Shown piece after piece: positions 9,878-18,980 of a DNA stretch of 33,222 nt. Origin of the DNA: an uncultured Rikenellaceae bacterium. Its GTDB lineage: Bacteria; Bacteroidota; Bacteroidia; Bacteroidales; VadinHA17. The stretch spans positions 1 through 33,222 of the forward strand of contig CAZEWS010000006.1 in the NCBI GenBank assembly GCA_964515985.1, in the 5' to 3' direction. The notes under the pieces are model-generated. The model saw only the letters and a program-made list of their open reading frames with translations, searched no databases and had not been told where the DNA came from. The position numbers and the translations under genes were made by a program. The first letter of the stretch is position 1. The number at the start of each line of letters is the position of its first letter.

Positions 9878-9905
9878 CCACAGGAGTGCAGGGCACTTCC
9901 TGCGG
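9878..9905. terminator. imperfect GC-rich hairpin between convergent genes (possible bidirectional terminator)
   Basis: CCACAGGAGTGC-AGG-GCACTTCCTGCGG has one mismatch and one bulge. The flanking T/A runs are weak. Confidence 0.3.
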
Positions 9906-9925
9906 TTTACCCCTCATGTTATCTT

Positions 9926-10885
9926 TCAATATTTATAATTTATACCTTTCAGGTATTCCAAAACATTCTTCTCAATCCGTCTTAATACATTGCTGCTATC
10001 CACCTTTATGAACCTTTCACCTGTGATTTTTTCGTACAGCTCAATGTACCGCTCTGATACCTGGTTAACAAAATCATCTGTCATTTCGGGCACTACCTGC
10101 CCCTCTTTACCCTGAAACCCATGCTTGATTAACCACTCACGCACAAACTCTTTTGAAAGCTGTTTTTGTGGTTCTCCTTTCGCAAGCCTTTCTTCATAAC
10201 CTTCTGAATAAAAATAGCGTGACGAATCCGGGGTATGGATTTCATCAATCAGGAATATCTGGTTTTCTTTTTTACCAAACTCGTATTTCGTATCTACCAG
10301 GATCAATCCTTTTTCTGCAGCCATATCCGTTCCACGCTTAAATAGCTTTTTTGTAAATTCTTCGAGCAATTCGTAATCCTTTTTATTCACTAAGCCCCTG
10401 GCTATTATTTCTTCTTTTGAAATATCTTCATCATGACCCTCTAAGGCTTTGGTGGTTGGCGTGATGATAGGCTCCGGAAACCTCTCGTTTTCCTTCATTC
10501 CATCAGGCAATGGGACTCCACATAGTTTCCTTTTTCCCGATTTATATTCCCTCCAGGCATGCCCCGCCAGATAACCCCTGATCACCATTTCAACCATTAT
10601 GGGTTCCACGTATTGCCCTATGGTAACCATTGGGTCGGGCGACGCAATTTTCCAATTGGGTACGATGTCGTTTGTGGCATCGAGAAATCTTGTGGCAATC
10701 TGGTTCAGTATCTGACCTTTATATGGTATCCCTCTCGGAAGAACAACATCAAATGCTGAAATCCTATCCGATACGATCATTAACAGATATTTGTCCGAAA
10801 TGTTATAAACATCACGAACTTTACCTTTGTAGATACTTTTTTGCCCTGGTAGTCGGTAATTGGTTTTTACTATTGCCTGGTTCAT
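9926..10885 (-). CDS. purC: phosphoribosylaminoimidazole-succinocarboxamide synthase (SAICAR synthetase)
   Basis: [17 protein letters not shown] and [11 protein letters not shown] motifs; about 319 aa, the long-form PurC. Confidence 0.95.
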   Translation of the reverse strand: MNQAIVKTNYRLPGQKSIYKGKVRDVYNISDKYLLMIVSDRISAFDVVLPRGIPYKGQILNQIATRFLDATNDIVPNWKIASPDPMVTIGQYVEPIMVEMVIRGYLAGHAWREYKSGKRKLCGVPLPDGMKENERFPEPIITPTTKALEGHDEDISKEEIIARGLVNKKDYELLEEFTKKLFKRGTDMAAEKGLILVDTKYEFGKKENQIFLIDEIHTPDSSRYFYSEGYEERLAKGEPQKQLSKEFVREWLIKHGFQGKEGQVVPEMTDDFVNQVSERYIELYEKITGERFIKVDSSNVLRRIEKNVLEYLKGINYKY

Positions 10886-11272
10886 GGTTTTTGGTTCTCG
10901 GTTCCCGGTTCTCAGTTCCCGGTTACAAACACAAAATTCTCCTCCTTAGATAAGGAGCCTGCCCGAAAGAATGAATTCTTTCATTCAGGCGGGGGGAGGT
11001 GGTCTGACCAATTATTTCCTTAATTTTATATCTACCACCCCTCCCCCGTAGGGATGCCTGTGGCACTGTCAAGGAGGGGAATTTTTGTTGGTGCATATAG
11101 CCGAATACAATTCAGCTCTACATCCGTACCTTTCACATTTATCTTTTTCCCCTATGAAATGCTACTTTGCAGCAGTGGCTCTGCCACTATTTCACAGGGT
11201 AAACTTTTGTCTTTTGTATTGTCTCTTAATTCAAATCCCCTTCTCCCCTTCTCCCCTTCTCCTTCACAGACT

Positions 11273-11298
11273 CTGCCAGGTCCTTCGGACGCTGGCAG
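11273..11298. repeat. CTGCCAG-GTCC-TTC-GGAC-G-CTGGCAG hairpin module
   Basis: Seen directly. Same architecture as 11416-11441 and 22228-22253. Confidence 0.8.
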
Positions 11299-11415
11299 GT
11301 CTCTCCCAGTCTCTTAGTCTCTCTTTCTCTCAGTCCCTTAGTCACCCAGTCTCCCCATCACCCAGTCCCATTAGCCTCATCCTCTCAACCTTAGCCTCTG
11401 TTTTTTTTACCAACC

Positions 11416-11441
11416 CTGCCAGGTCTTAGAGACTCTGGCAG
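11416..11441. repeat. CTGCCAG-GTCT-TAG-AGAC-T-CTGGCAG hairpin module
   Basis: Seen directly. The inner stem differs from the other copies by compensatory changes. Confidence 0.8.
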
Positions 11442-11692
11442 GTCTTCTATCAATCAGAAATCCTCAATCAACAATCCGAAATTCAAAATCCCTTAATCCG
11501 AAATCCGCAATTACTCGCTCCCGCAATCCTTCACTCAATCCTGCTCGTGAGACATTCTGTTCGCTTTGCTCTATCCGAAATAAAATGACGAACCGACCGA
11601 CCGACCGAAGTCATTCGGGCAGGGAACTTCGTCCTACTGATCTCTTTTTCATCCCTTTCCCTATTACCCAGCACCTACAATTCTTTCACTTC

Positions 11693-12673
11693 TCACCTTT
11701 CACTCTTCACATCTTTCATCTTTCTTCCTTCATCCTTCTTTTCGTATGCTTTTACAATATCTTTCACCAATTTATGACGAACGACGTCACGCAGATCAAA
11801 TTCAATAACAGCAATTCCCTCGATGTTTTTCAGAATCCTGGTAGCCTGCCATAAGCCGGAATCGTTTATACTCGGAAGGTCAATCTGGGTAATATCTCCG
11901 GTAACAACAAATTTCGAATTTTGTCCCATCCGGGTGAGAAACATTTTAAGCTGGTTCATTGTGGTATTCTGTGCTTCATCCAGGATGACAAAAGCATCTT
12001 CCAGCGTTCTACCCCTCATATAGGCCAATGGAGCGATTTGAATAGTTCCTTCTTCAAGATAAATGGCCAATTTTCTAACCGGAATCATGTCACGAAGAGC
12101 GTCATACAAAGGTTGCAGATACGGGTCAAGTTTCTCCTTTACATCACCAGGCAGGAAGCCAAGATGTTCACCTGCCTCAACAGCCGGCCTCGTCAGAACT
12201 ATCCGGCGTACTTCTTTGTTTTTCAATGCCCTGACAGCCAAAGCAATTGCCGTGTATGTCTTGCCGGTACCAGCCGGACCGAAAGCCAGAAGAATATCAT
12301 TGGTCTGATATTCCTTAACAAGACTAACCTGATTTACAGTTCTGGCATAAATTGGTTTCCCTGTATTTCCGTATATAATTGGCTCTTTAAAATCCCCGTT
12401 TGACGCAGAAATTTGATGAGATGTGTCGAATAACAATTGTTCAATATCCTCCTCATGGATAAGGTTATATTTATGGCAATAATCCACAAGTATATTTATT
12501 TTTATCTCAAAATCGTTAATTTCCTCTTCTTTACCAATGACTTTTAATTCATTTCCTCTTGCTACAATTTTTAATTTAGGGAAAAATCCTTTGATCTTAT
12601 CCAGGTGTTTATTTTTCACCCCGTATATATTAACAGGATCAATCCCATCTAAATATATGATCTTTTCATTCAT
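11693..12673 (-). CDS. phoH: PhoH-family ATPase
   Basis: Walker A GPAGTGKTY, Walker B ILDEAQN and the ITQIDLP motif. Confidence 0.93.
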   Translation of the reverse strand: MNEKIIYLDGIDPVNIYGVKNKHLDKIKGFFPKLKIVARGNELKVIGKEEEINDFEIKINILVDYCHKYNLIHEEDIEQLLFDTSHQISASNGDFKEPIIYGNTGKPIYARTVNQVSLVKEYQTNDILLAFGPAGTGKTYTAIALAVRALKNKEVRRIVLTRPAVEAGEHLGFLPGDVKEKLDPYLQPLYDALRDMIPVRKLAIYLEEGTIQIAPLAYMRGRTLEDAFVILDEAQNTTMNQLKMFLTRMGQNSKFVVTGDITQIDLPSINDSGLWQATRILKNIEGIAVIEFDLRDVVRHKLVKDIVKAYEKKDEGRKMKDVKSER

Positions 12674-12693
12674 TTAATTTGCACAATAATGAT

Positions 12694-12701
12694 TACTTTT
12701 G
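12694..12701 (+). promoter_or_regulatory. candidate -7 box TActTTTG
   Basis: Matches TAnnTTTG, 63 nt upstream of ATG 12764. Confidence 0.35.
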
Positions 12702-12763
12702 GCTAATACAAAGTAAGTTCATTTTTTCGATGAATAATAATATTTAGCTGAAGTTTTTTCCTG

Positions 12764-13579
12764 ATGCCCATCATTACCCTTACAACTGACTGGAACCTAA
12801 ACGATTTTTATACTGGAACATTAAAGGGAAAAATATTAAGTTTGTGTCCCAATGCGATTTTAGTCGATATCACCCATCAGATTCAAAGCTTCAACCTGGC
12901 TCAAGCTGCTTTTGTTATTAAAAACAGCTATCCCCATTTCCCCTCCGGCACAATTCATATTATAGGAGTTAACGCTGAAGCCGGAACCGATCAATCCCAT
13001 CTTGCAATTTACGCAGATGGACATTTTTTTATTGGATGTGACAATGGGATATTCGGACTGATATTTCGTGAAGAACCAAAAAAAATAATCAGAATTAAAC
13101 CTGAAAACACCGAACCCGTCAGCTTTCCTGCTTTTTCTGTTTTTGCCATTACTGCTGCGCGTTTGGCCAGGGGTGAAAAAATATCTGATCTTGGCAATCA
13201 GGTCAACAATTATGAAAAGAGGATCCCCTTAAGAGCTACTATTGAAGAAACAGGAATAACCGGAAGTATAATTTACATTGATTCGTATCAGAATGCTATA
13301 ACCAACATAACCAAAGATTTGTTTGAACGAATAGGAAAGAACCGGGTTTTCGAGATCCTGGTACAGAGTAATTATTACAAATTGAACAAAATAAACAGGA
13401 CGTATGGAGAAACCTCTGTGGGTGAGATCCTTGCTCTTTTTAACTCCTTGAACCTGTTGGAAATTGCCATAAACAATGGAAATGCTGCAGAGCTTTTAAA
13501 CTTAACGGTTGGTTCAACCATACGGATTAATTTCAAAAACAAATCAGAAAATTCAGATGATAATGACGAAGAAAGATAA
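12764..13579 (+). CDS. SAM hydroxide adenosyltransferase (DUF62; chlorinase/fluorinase-like family)
   Basis: N-terminal ITLTTDWNLNDFYTGTLKG and the overall length fit the family. Confidence 0.8.
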   Translation: MPIITLTTDWNLNDFYTGTLKGKILSLCPNAILVDITHQIQSFNLAQAAFVIKNSYPHFPSGTIHIIGVNAEAGTDQSHLAIYADGHFFIGCDNGIFGLIFREEPKKIIRIKPENTEPVSFPAFSVFAITAARLARGEKISDLGNQVNNYEKRIPLRATIEETGITGSIIYIDSYQNAITNITKDLFERIGKNRVFEILVQSNYYKLNKINRTYGETSVGEILALFNSLNLLEIAINNGNAAELLNLTVGSTIRINFKNKSENSDDNDEER

Positions 13580-14360
13580 TCTGGCTGCTTTTGAAGAGTT
13601 GCTTGATATTATGGACGAATTAAGAACCAAATGTCCCTGGGATAAGGAGCAAACTTTTGAAAGTCTCCGAAAGTTAACCATTGAAGAAACCTATGAATTG
13701 GGTGATGCTGTTTTAAGAAAAGATGTGCAAGGCATCAAGGATGAATTGGGTGATTTGATGCTTCATATCGTCTTTTATGCAAAAATCGGTTCGGAAAATC
13801 ATTATTTTGATATTGGGAGTATTATTCAGGCTCTTAATAAAAAATTAATAACCCGACATCCTCATATTTATGGAGATATTGAAGTAAGAAATGCTGATGA
13901 TGTAAAAAAGAACTGGGAAGAGATTAAGCTCAGAGAAGGCACAAAATCAGTTCTCGAAGGAGTACCTAAATCCTTGCCTGCCCTGGTTAAAGCAAATCGC
14001 ATTCAGGAAAAAGTAAGAGGTGTAGGATTTGATTGGGAACATAAGAACGATATATGGGCTAAAGTTGATGAAGAATTAAGCGAAATTAAAAGGGAATTAA
14101 TAAAGAATCAAACCAATTTGAATAATAATTCCCAACAGGAAAAAATAGAAGCGGAATTCGGAGACCTGTTTTTTACACTTATCAATGCTGCCCGGCTTTA
14201 TAAGATCGATCCCGAAAATGCCCTGGAGCGTACTAATCAGAAATTTATCAAACGTTTTACCTTCCTCGAAGATAAAGCATCAGAATTGGGTAAGCTCCTA
14301 AAGGACTTGAGCCTTGACGAAATGGATAAGATTTGGGAAGAAGCTAAAAAATTTGAATAA
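13563..14360 (+). CDS. mazG: nucleoside triphosphate pyrophosphohydrolase MazG
   Basis: LRTKCPWDKEQT, EETYEL and ELGDLM motifs, with a tandem MazG domain. The track start 13509 is TTG inside the upstream gene. ATG 13563 (or 13557) is preferred. Confidence 0.9.
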   Translation: MTKKDNLAAFEELLDIMDELRTKCPWDKEQTFESLRKLTIEETYELGDAVLRKDVQGIKDELGDLMLHIVFYAKIGSENHYFDIGSIIQALNKKLITRHPHIYGDIEVRNADDVKKNWEEIKLREGTKSVLEGVPKSLPALVKANRIQEKVRGVGFDWEHKNDIWAKVDEELSEIKRELIKNQTNLNNNSQQEKIEAEFGDLFFTLINAARLYKIDPENALERTNQKFIKRFTFLEDKASELGKLLKDLSLDEMDKIWEEAKKFE

Positions 14361-14373
14361 TAATTAGAGCAAT

Positions 14374-15207
14374 TTGAAATATATACTTGTTTTTCTTATC
14401 AGCTTGGTTAGCTTTTTTTGTAATGCCACAGGTTTACATCAAACAGGGATAAAAGATACTGTAGAAGTAAGGTTCGATAAAAAGTATTTTCTTTCCTATC
14501 TCACCGATACACGGGATATTTTTACGGCTCCTGCACATTGGAACAAAAAACAATGGATTTCGGCAGGGATAGTTCTGGGTACAACAGCAATTTTGATAAC
14601 TCAGGATGCAAAAATTCAGGGGTTTGCCCTGGATAACCGAACAGACTTTTTAGATAATGTTGCAAAGTACGGTTTTGAAAGATGGGGTGGCAGCAAAGTT
14701 TATACCAATTATTCACTGATTACCATGGGGGTATTTTATCTACACGGTGAATTATTCGACAATCAAAGAAGTAAAAGGGTTGCATTACTAGGACTGAAAA
14801 CCTTTGTGGTGACAGGGGCTATCCTGTACATTCCTAAATTCATGTTTGGCCGGCACCGGCCATTTGCTGATGATCCATCAGATCCCTATGCATGGGATGG
14901 CCCGTTTTCGGATCATTTGTCATTACCCTCCGGGCACACCACCTCCGTTTTTGCAATTGCATCCATCGTTGCCTCGGAATATAAAGATAAACCGATTGTT
15001 CCTGTTGTTGCTTATTCTATTGCCACCCTTACGGGTATATCGAGGGTATATGAAAACAAACATTGGGGGAGTGATGTTTTAATTGGAGCAGTGTTTGGTT
15101 ATGCTATGGGGAAATTGATCTATAACAAAAACAATTGGGGAATCCATATCAAACCGGTAACTACTCCTGAAGTAACAGGGGTGACTCTTACATTCCCTAT
15201 TCCTTAG
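14374..15207 (+). CDS. PAP2-family phosphatase (membrane)
   Basis: KxxxxxxRP-like, PSGH and SRVYENKHWGSD motifs. TTG start with no in-frame ATG nearby. Confidence 0.8.
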   Translation: MKYILVFLISLVSFFCNATGLHQTGIKDTVEVRFDKKYFLSYLTDTRDIFTAPAHWNKKQWISAGIVLGTTAILITQDAKIQGFALDNRTDFLDNVAKYGFERWGGSKVYTNYSLITMGVFYLHGELFDNQRSKRVALLGLKTFVVTGAILYIPKFMFGRHRPFADDPSDPYAWDGPFSDHLSLPSGHTTSVFAIASIVASEYKDKPIVPVVAYSIATLTGISRVYENKHWGSDVLIGAVFGYAMGKLIYNKNNWGIHIKPVTTPEVTGVTLTFPIP

Positions 15208-15658
15208 CAGGTTCAACCGGTTTATCTTTTTTACTTTTTGTTTCCTCTTTCTCACCCTGTTCTTTCTTTTCCGGTTTAAAATGAACCATTTCCAGTTTCT
15301 GGAGGAGGTTATACCAGTTAAATATCTTTTTCATATCAGATACATAAACCCTGTCTTTGTCATACCCGGGAAAAACCTCTTCAAAATATCTCTTTAGTTC
15401 TTCATTCGGCGATTTAAAATCTATTGTGGGACCACCATTTTCCTTTTCATGGATCTTCTTGAAAATATCAACCAGGGGAACATCTTCTTCCTTTGTAAAT
15501 ATTGCAATTTCCTCAAGAGAACTTACTCTCATGGTTGAGAAAGCACTCATTCGTTTCCTGGTTTCGAGGTTTTCAACGATAATTGCATTTCTGCCCTGGG
15601 ATATTAATTTAAATAAGCCTGGCTTACCACTAATTGCTAAAATATCCTTTAAATCCAT
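15197..15658 (-). CDS. DUF5606-like conserved Bacteroidota protein
   Basis: The N-terminus MDLKDILAISGKPGLFKL is characteristic. The track start 15682 is TTG; ATG 15658 is preferred. Confidence 0.7.
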   Translation of the reverse strand: MDLKDILAISGKPGLFKLISQGRNAIIVENLETRKRMSAFSTMRVSSLEEIAIFTKEEDVPLVDIFKKIHEKENGGPTIDFKSPNEELKRYFEEVFPGYDKDRVYVSDMKKIFNWYNLLQKLEMVHFKPEKKEQGEKEETKSKKDKPVEPAKE

Positions 15659-15682
15659 TTTGAAATCCTTGTTACTATTCAA

Positions 15683-16184
15683 TTATTCATTCGTTTTATC
15701 TTCCATCAAAACAGGAATAATGGAATACTGGAATACTGGAATAATGCCTGCCCTGTCTACCCTGTGAAACAGCAACTACGTTGCTCCTGCTACGCAGGGT
15801 TTCACGGGGTGAACCCTGTGAAATTTTATTATTTCTTTAGGGTTCACCCTGTTGTATTTATTGATTTATCCTACGTGGTAAAATGCGATGTAGGAGCTAT
15901 TTCTACACGGGAATACTGTCCCTACCAAAGGCCTGCCCGAAAGACTTCGGTCGGGCGGGCATCCCTTTGGGAGAATTAGGTGTTAAAGATATCCCTATGG
16001 GAGAGAACACTAAAACACACAAACACGTAAACACATAAATACAATAAAATAACATTTCAATCGCTAATAATTAAATAAAAGTAATTTAATCCAATACTCC
16101 AATATTCCAATATTCCGTAACTTATAATATCCTTCTTTTAACCGATTCGTTACAAATCTTTTTACAACGTTGCTATTATTCAAT
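15683..16184. repeat. mosaic intergenic repeat cluster B
   Basis: Bounded by octamer arrays GGAATAMT x4 (15714-15745) and their inverted counterpart (16091-16116). Contains a three-way-junction element, a GGTGAACCCT hairpin (15808-15848), and a 42-nt module (15870-15911) shared with 25470-25552. Confidence 0.85.
15760..15809. repeat. 50-nt element able to fold as a three-way junction
   Basis: The outer stem 15760-15770/15799-15809 has 11 bp including one G-T. It encloses AGCAAC-TAC-GTTGCT and CCTGC-TAC-GCAGG with no unpaired linker. An inverted copy lies at 25573-25629. Confidence 0.7.
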
Positions 16185-16904
16185 TTACGCTATTTTCCTC
16201 TCTTTCTTAATTTGTTTATATGCCTCATTCACTTTCTGAAACTTTTCTTTAGCCATCTTTTGAAAATCCTCACCAAGATAACTTACTTTATCCGGATGAT
16301 ATTTGATAGCCATATTTCGGTATGCTTTTTTTATTTCCTCATCTGTTGCATTACGATTAATTTCCAGAATTTTATATGCAGAGTCTGTTTTGGGAACAAA
16401 CATGTATTTTATTGAATCTTTATCTTTTGTACTGATTCCAAGGTAGGATGCAATAAGTTCGATGGTTTTAATCTCTTCCGGATGAATAATACCATCTGCT
16501 ATTGAAATCCCAAACAGAAAATGGATTAACTGCAGACGACTTGAATAATCAAGGTTTTGCTTTATTTGTAAGGCAACATCCCGAACTGAAACATGTTGTT
16601 TCAGGATATCGCGCAACATGATTATTGCTTCTTCGGCTGATTCATGCCCAAAGCTTTGCACGAAGTATTTCTTTACATATTCAAGTTCTGTCAGAAGCAC
16701 CTTTCCATCGGCTTTCATAACGGCAGCAACCAGTACAAGTAAACTCATTGCATAAGCACCGGCAGTAGTTCCCCTCTGATCTAAAACAGCCTTATCAGCA
16801 ACGCTTTCAAAAAGCGATCCAAGTGTAAACCCTAATAACCCGCCAATGGGTCCAAAAAAGGCCCACCCTAAACCTCCGCCTATCCATTTGGCAAATTTTC
16901 CCAT
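16185..16904 (-). CDS. TerB-like domain plus C-terminal J-domain protein (DjlA-like co-chaperone)
   Basis: J-domain AYKILEINRNATDEEIKKAYRNMAIKYHPDK at the C-terminus; glycine-rich TM segment at the N-terminus. Confidence 0.8.
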   Translation of the reverse strand: MGKFAKWIGGGLGWAFFGPIGGLLGFTLGSLFESVADKAVLDQRGTTAGAYAMSLLVLVAAVMKADGKVLLTELEYVKKYFVQSFGHESAEEAIIMLRDILKQHVSVRDVALQIKQNLDYSSRLQLIHFLFGISIADGIIHPEEIKTIELIASYLGISTKDKDSIKYMFVPKTDSAYKILEINRNATDEEIKKAYRNMAIKYHPDKVSYLGEDFQKMAKEKFQKVNEAYKQIKKERKIA

Positions 16905-16989
16905 TTATTTAAAATATCAATATTATTAGTAATTATTTTTTATTCGCTCCTCACAATAACCATACCATATTCAAATGCATGTAAAACAG

Positions 16990-17586
16990 TCAGAACAAGG
17001 ATGAATTACCCATAATTGCAGCATGGACTTCCAATATCTGTGGTATTAGCAATTGTTTATCATCATTAATAATGACATAATCAGAACGTTTTATTCTTTC
17101 TTCTTCATCAAGTTGGCTCTTCATCCTGTTACGAACTTCGCTTTCAATAACGTTATCTCTTTCCATCACCCTTTTTATTTTTAACGCTTCAGGAGCAGAG
17201 ATCGTTATAATTTTATCAAGGTGTTTATCAGCACCACTTTCAAAAAGGATCGCAGCTTCTTTTATAACATATGAGTATTCATTATGTAGTTCGGCCCAGC
17301 TAAGGAAATGTTCAAATACAATGGGATGGACAATTAAATTTACTTTCTTTATTTTTTTTTCATCATTAAATATCAAAGTTGCTAATCTTTCCCTGTCTAA
17401 TTTATTCTGCCTGTAAATCTTTTTCCCAAAGATACGGGTCAATTGATCAATGATCTGTGCATTGGATGCCATCAAATTACGGGCTTCGAGATCGGCATGA
17501 TAAACGGGTACACCTATCTTTTTAAAGATTTCACAAACCATGGATTTGCCGCTTCCTATTCCCCCTGTGATTCCAACTTTGAGCAT
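16990..17586 (-). CDS. coaE: dephospho-CoA kinase
   Basis: MLKVGITGGIGSGKS P-loop; about 198 aa. One-nucleotide overlap with the upstream gene (TAATG). Confidence 0.92.
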   Translation of the reverse strand: MLKVGITGGIGSGKSMVCEIFKKIGVPVYHADLEARNLMASNAQIIDQLTRIFGKKIYRQNKLDRERLATLIFNDEKKIKKVNLIVHPIVFEHFLSWAELHNEYSYVIKEAAILFESGADKHLDKIITISAPEALKIKRVMERDNVIESEVRNRMKSQLDEEERIKRSDYVIINDDKQLLIPQILEVHAAIMGNSSLF

Positions 17587-18584
17587 TATTTCTCAATAAT
17601 ATAGTCTACATTCATGGGATGAAAACGAACGGATCTGATATATCCGGGATATTTGACCAGGTCAACCTTTAATTTGTTACTGATTGATTTCTCTAATGAT
17701 TGATAATCAACTACAGCCCTGAACAGGTGGGAAGAAAGTTTATTATAATCACTCAACCCCACCAAAAAAGTAATAGAAACGGTTCGTGGAAATAATTTCA
17801 GGTCTAATGTGTCGGGCACATTTATGGTTTCGATGGGTATATCATATTTTGTTTCAGTGAATTGTTCCACAGGAATATTAACCATTACCTTCCTGGGCGA
17901 AAAGGTGACATTTTTAATATTTTCTATTGGGAGAGTTTTTTTCACTGTTTGGTTAACCTTAACCAGCTTTTGATGCTTTGTTTTCACCTCCGGTAGCGTA
18001 TCCAAAATCACATTCGGACCTAACAATGTAACACTATCAGGTTCAATTGTAATTTTGCCTTTTAACATAAACTGTTTTTCATATTCAATGTCTAAATCAG
18101 CAATAACCAGAACTTTTTTACTGACTATTTCATCAAATTCAAACATTAAGGTATCAGGAGAGATTTCAATAATCTGGATATCTGATTGCAATTGACGGGA
18201 AATTCGACTCTTGATATTTGAGGTAAGCAGATAGAAACCGGTAGAATTTTCATTTGTTATCTTAAATAAGGAGGAAGAATTATAGTTTATAATCAGGGGT
18301 ACCTTTGGGTTGCTTAACTTGTATTTCAATAAGGTATAACCAGGTGCCTTAACGATAAGATTTAGCCTGGTGGGCAAATCCTTTACCAATACTTTATGTT
18401 TTGGCAGGTTTGTATACTTTACAGGATAAGATATAAGCGAGGTAAAATTTTTATTTAACTCATTTAGAAACCATAGAATGGTTGAAACAAGAAGAAAAAC
18501 TAAAAACACAATAATTCTCTGGTCAAGCTTATATCTTTTACCTCGAATGTATTGCCGTAAATTCCAACCTTTTTGCTTTTTCAA
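17586..18584 (-). CDS. YbbR-like domain protein
   Basis: An N-terminal TM segment followed by repeated beta-rich YbbR-type modules. It occupies the conserved position between yajC and coaE in Bacteroidota. Confidence 0.65.
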   Translation of the reverse strand: MKKQKGWNLRQYIRGKRYKLDQRIIVFLVFLLVSTILWFLNELNKNFTSLISYPVKYTNLPKHKVLVKDLPTRLNLIVKAPGYTLLKYKLSNPKVPLIINYNSSSLFKITNENSTGFYLLTSNIKSRISRQLQSDIQIIEISPDTLMFEFDEIVSKKVLVIADLDIEYEKQFMLKGKITIEPDSVTLLGPNVILDTLPEVKTKHQKLVKVNQTVKKTLPIENIKNVTFSPRKVMVNIPVEQFTETKYDIPIETINVPDTLDLKLFPRTVSITFLVGLSDYNKLSSHLFRAVVDYQSLEKSISNKLKVDLVKYPGYIRSVRFHPMNVDYIIEK

Positions 18585-18650
18585 GACATGGTTTTTAAAA
18601 TCCCGAAAAACACGGTAGATCGTATCCCTTACCTGATATAAAAATCTATA

Positions 18651-18980
18651 TCAGAATTTCTTTTGAGCAGGAAGATCACTGGAATCTTTGAGGATTGCAC
18701 TTTTATCAATCTTTAATCTGACATTATCGCCTACGTCAACAACGATAACATTTTCTTTTATATCGGTAATTTTACCATATATACCACCTGTAGTAATAAC
18801 TTTATCTCCCTTTTTGACAGACGCTCTGAACGATCTCAGGTCTTTTTGTTTTTTCATCTGGGGACGAATCATAAAAAAATAAAAAACCAGAATAATTAAA
18901 ATCAGGGGTAAAAAAGTCATGATAGGGTTCTGGTCCTCCGACGCAGGTGTCATCATCAAAATGTAAACCAAGTTACTCAT
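18651..18980 (-). CDS. yajC: preprotein translocase subunit YajC
   Basis: A single TM segment, then RPQMKKQK...[14 protein letters not shown]..., the typical YajC signature. Confidence 0.9.
   Translation of the reverse strand: MSNLVYILMMTPASEDQNPIMTFLPLILIILVFYFFMIRPQMKKQKDLRSFRASVKKGDKVITTGGIYGKITDIKENVIVVDVGDNVRLKIDKSAILKDSSDLPAQKKF

Larger units (their letters stand above)
10886..11692. repeat. mosaic intergenic repeat cluster A
   Basis: Contains the GGTTCYC array (10893-10924), the GCCGAATACAATTC module (11100-11136), a CCCTRTGAAAT hairpin (11149-11199), a pyrimidine tract (11236-11265), two CTGCCAG hairpins, and a 32-mer (11534-11565) identical to 28394-28425. Confidence 0.85.

Noticed and set aside
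11054-11854. Track ORFs 11054-11317, 11085-11429 and 11585-11854, with similar ORFs at 15764-15979, 21203-21403, 21213-21575, 28161-28358, 28202-28513 and 29492-29713
   Set aside because: They are translations of the pyrimidine-rich repeat clusters. The products are low-complexity (S/P/L-rich), the ORFs overlap one another, and they span hairpin modules that also occur in the opposite orientation elsewhere. There is no coding signature.
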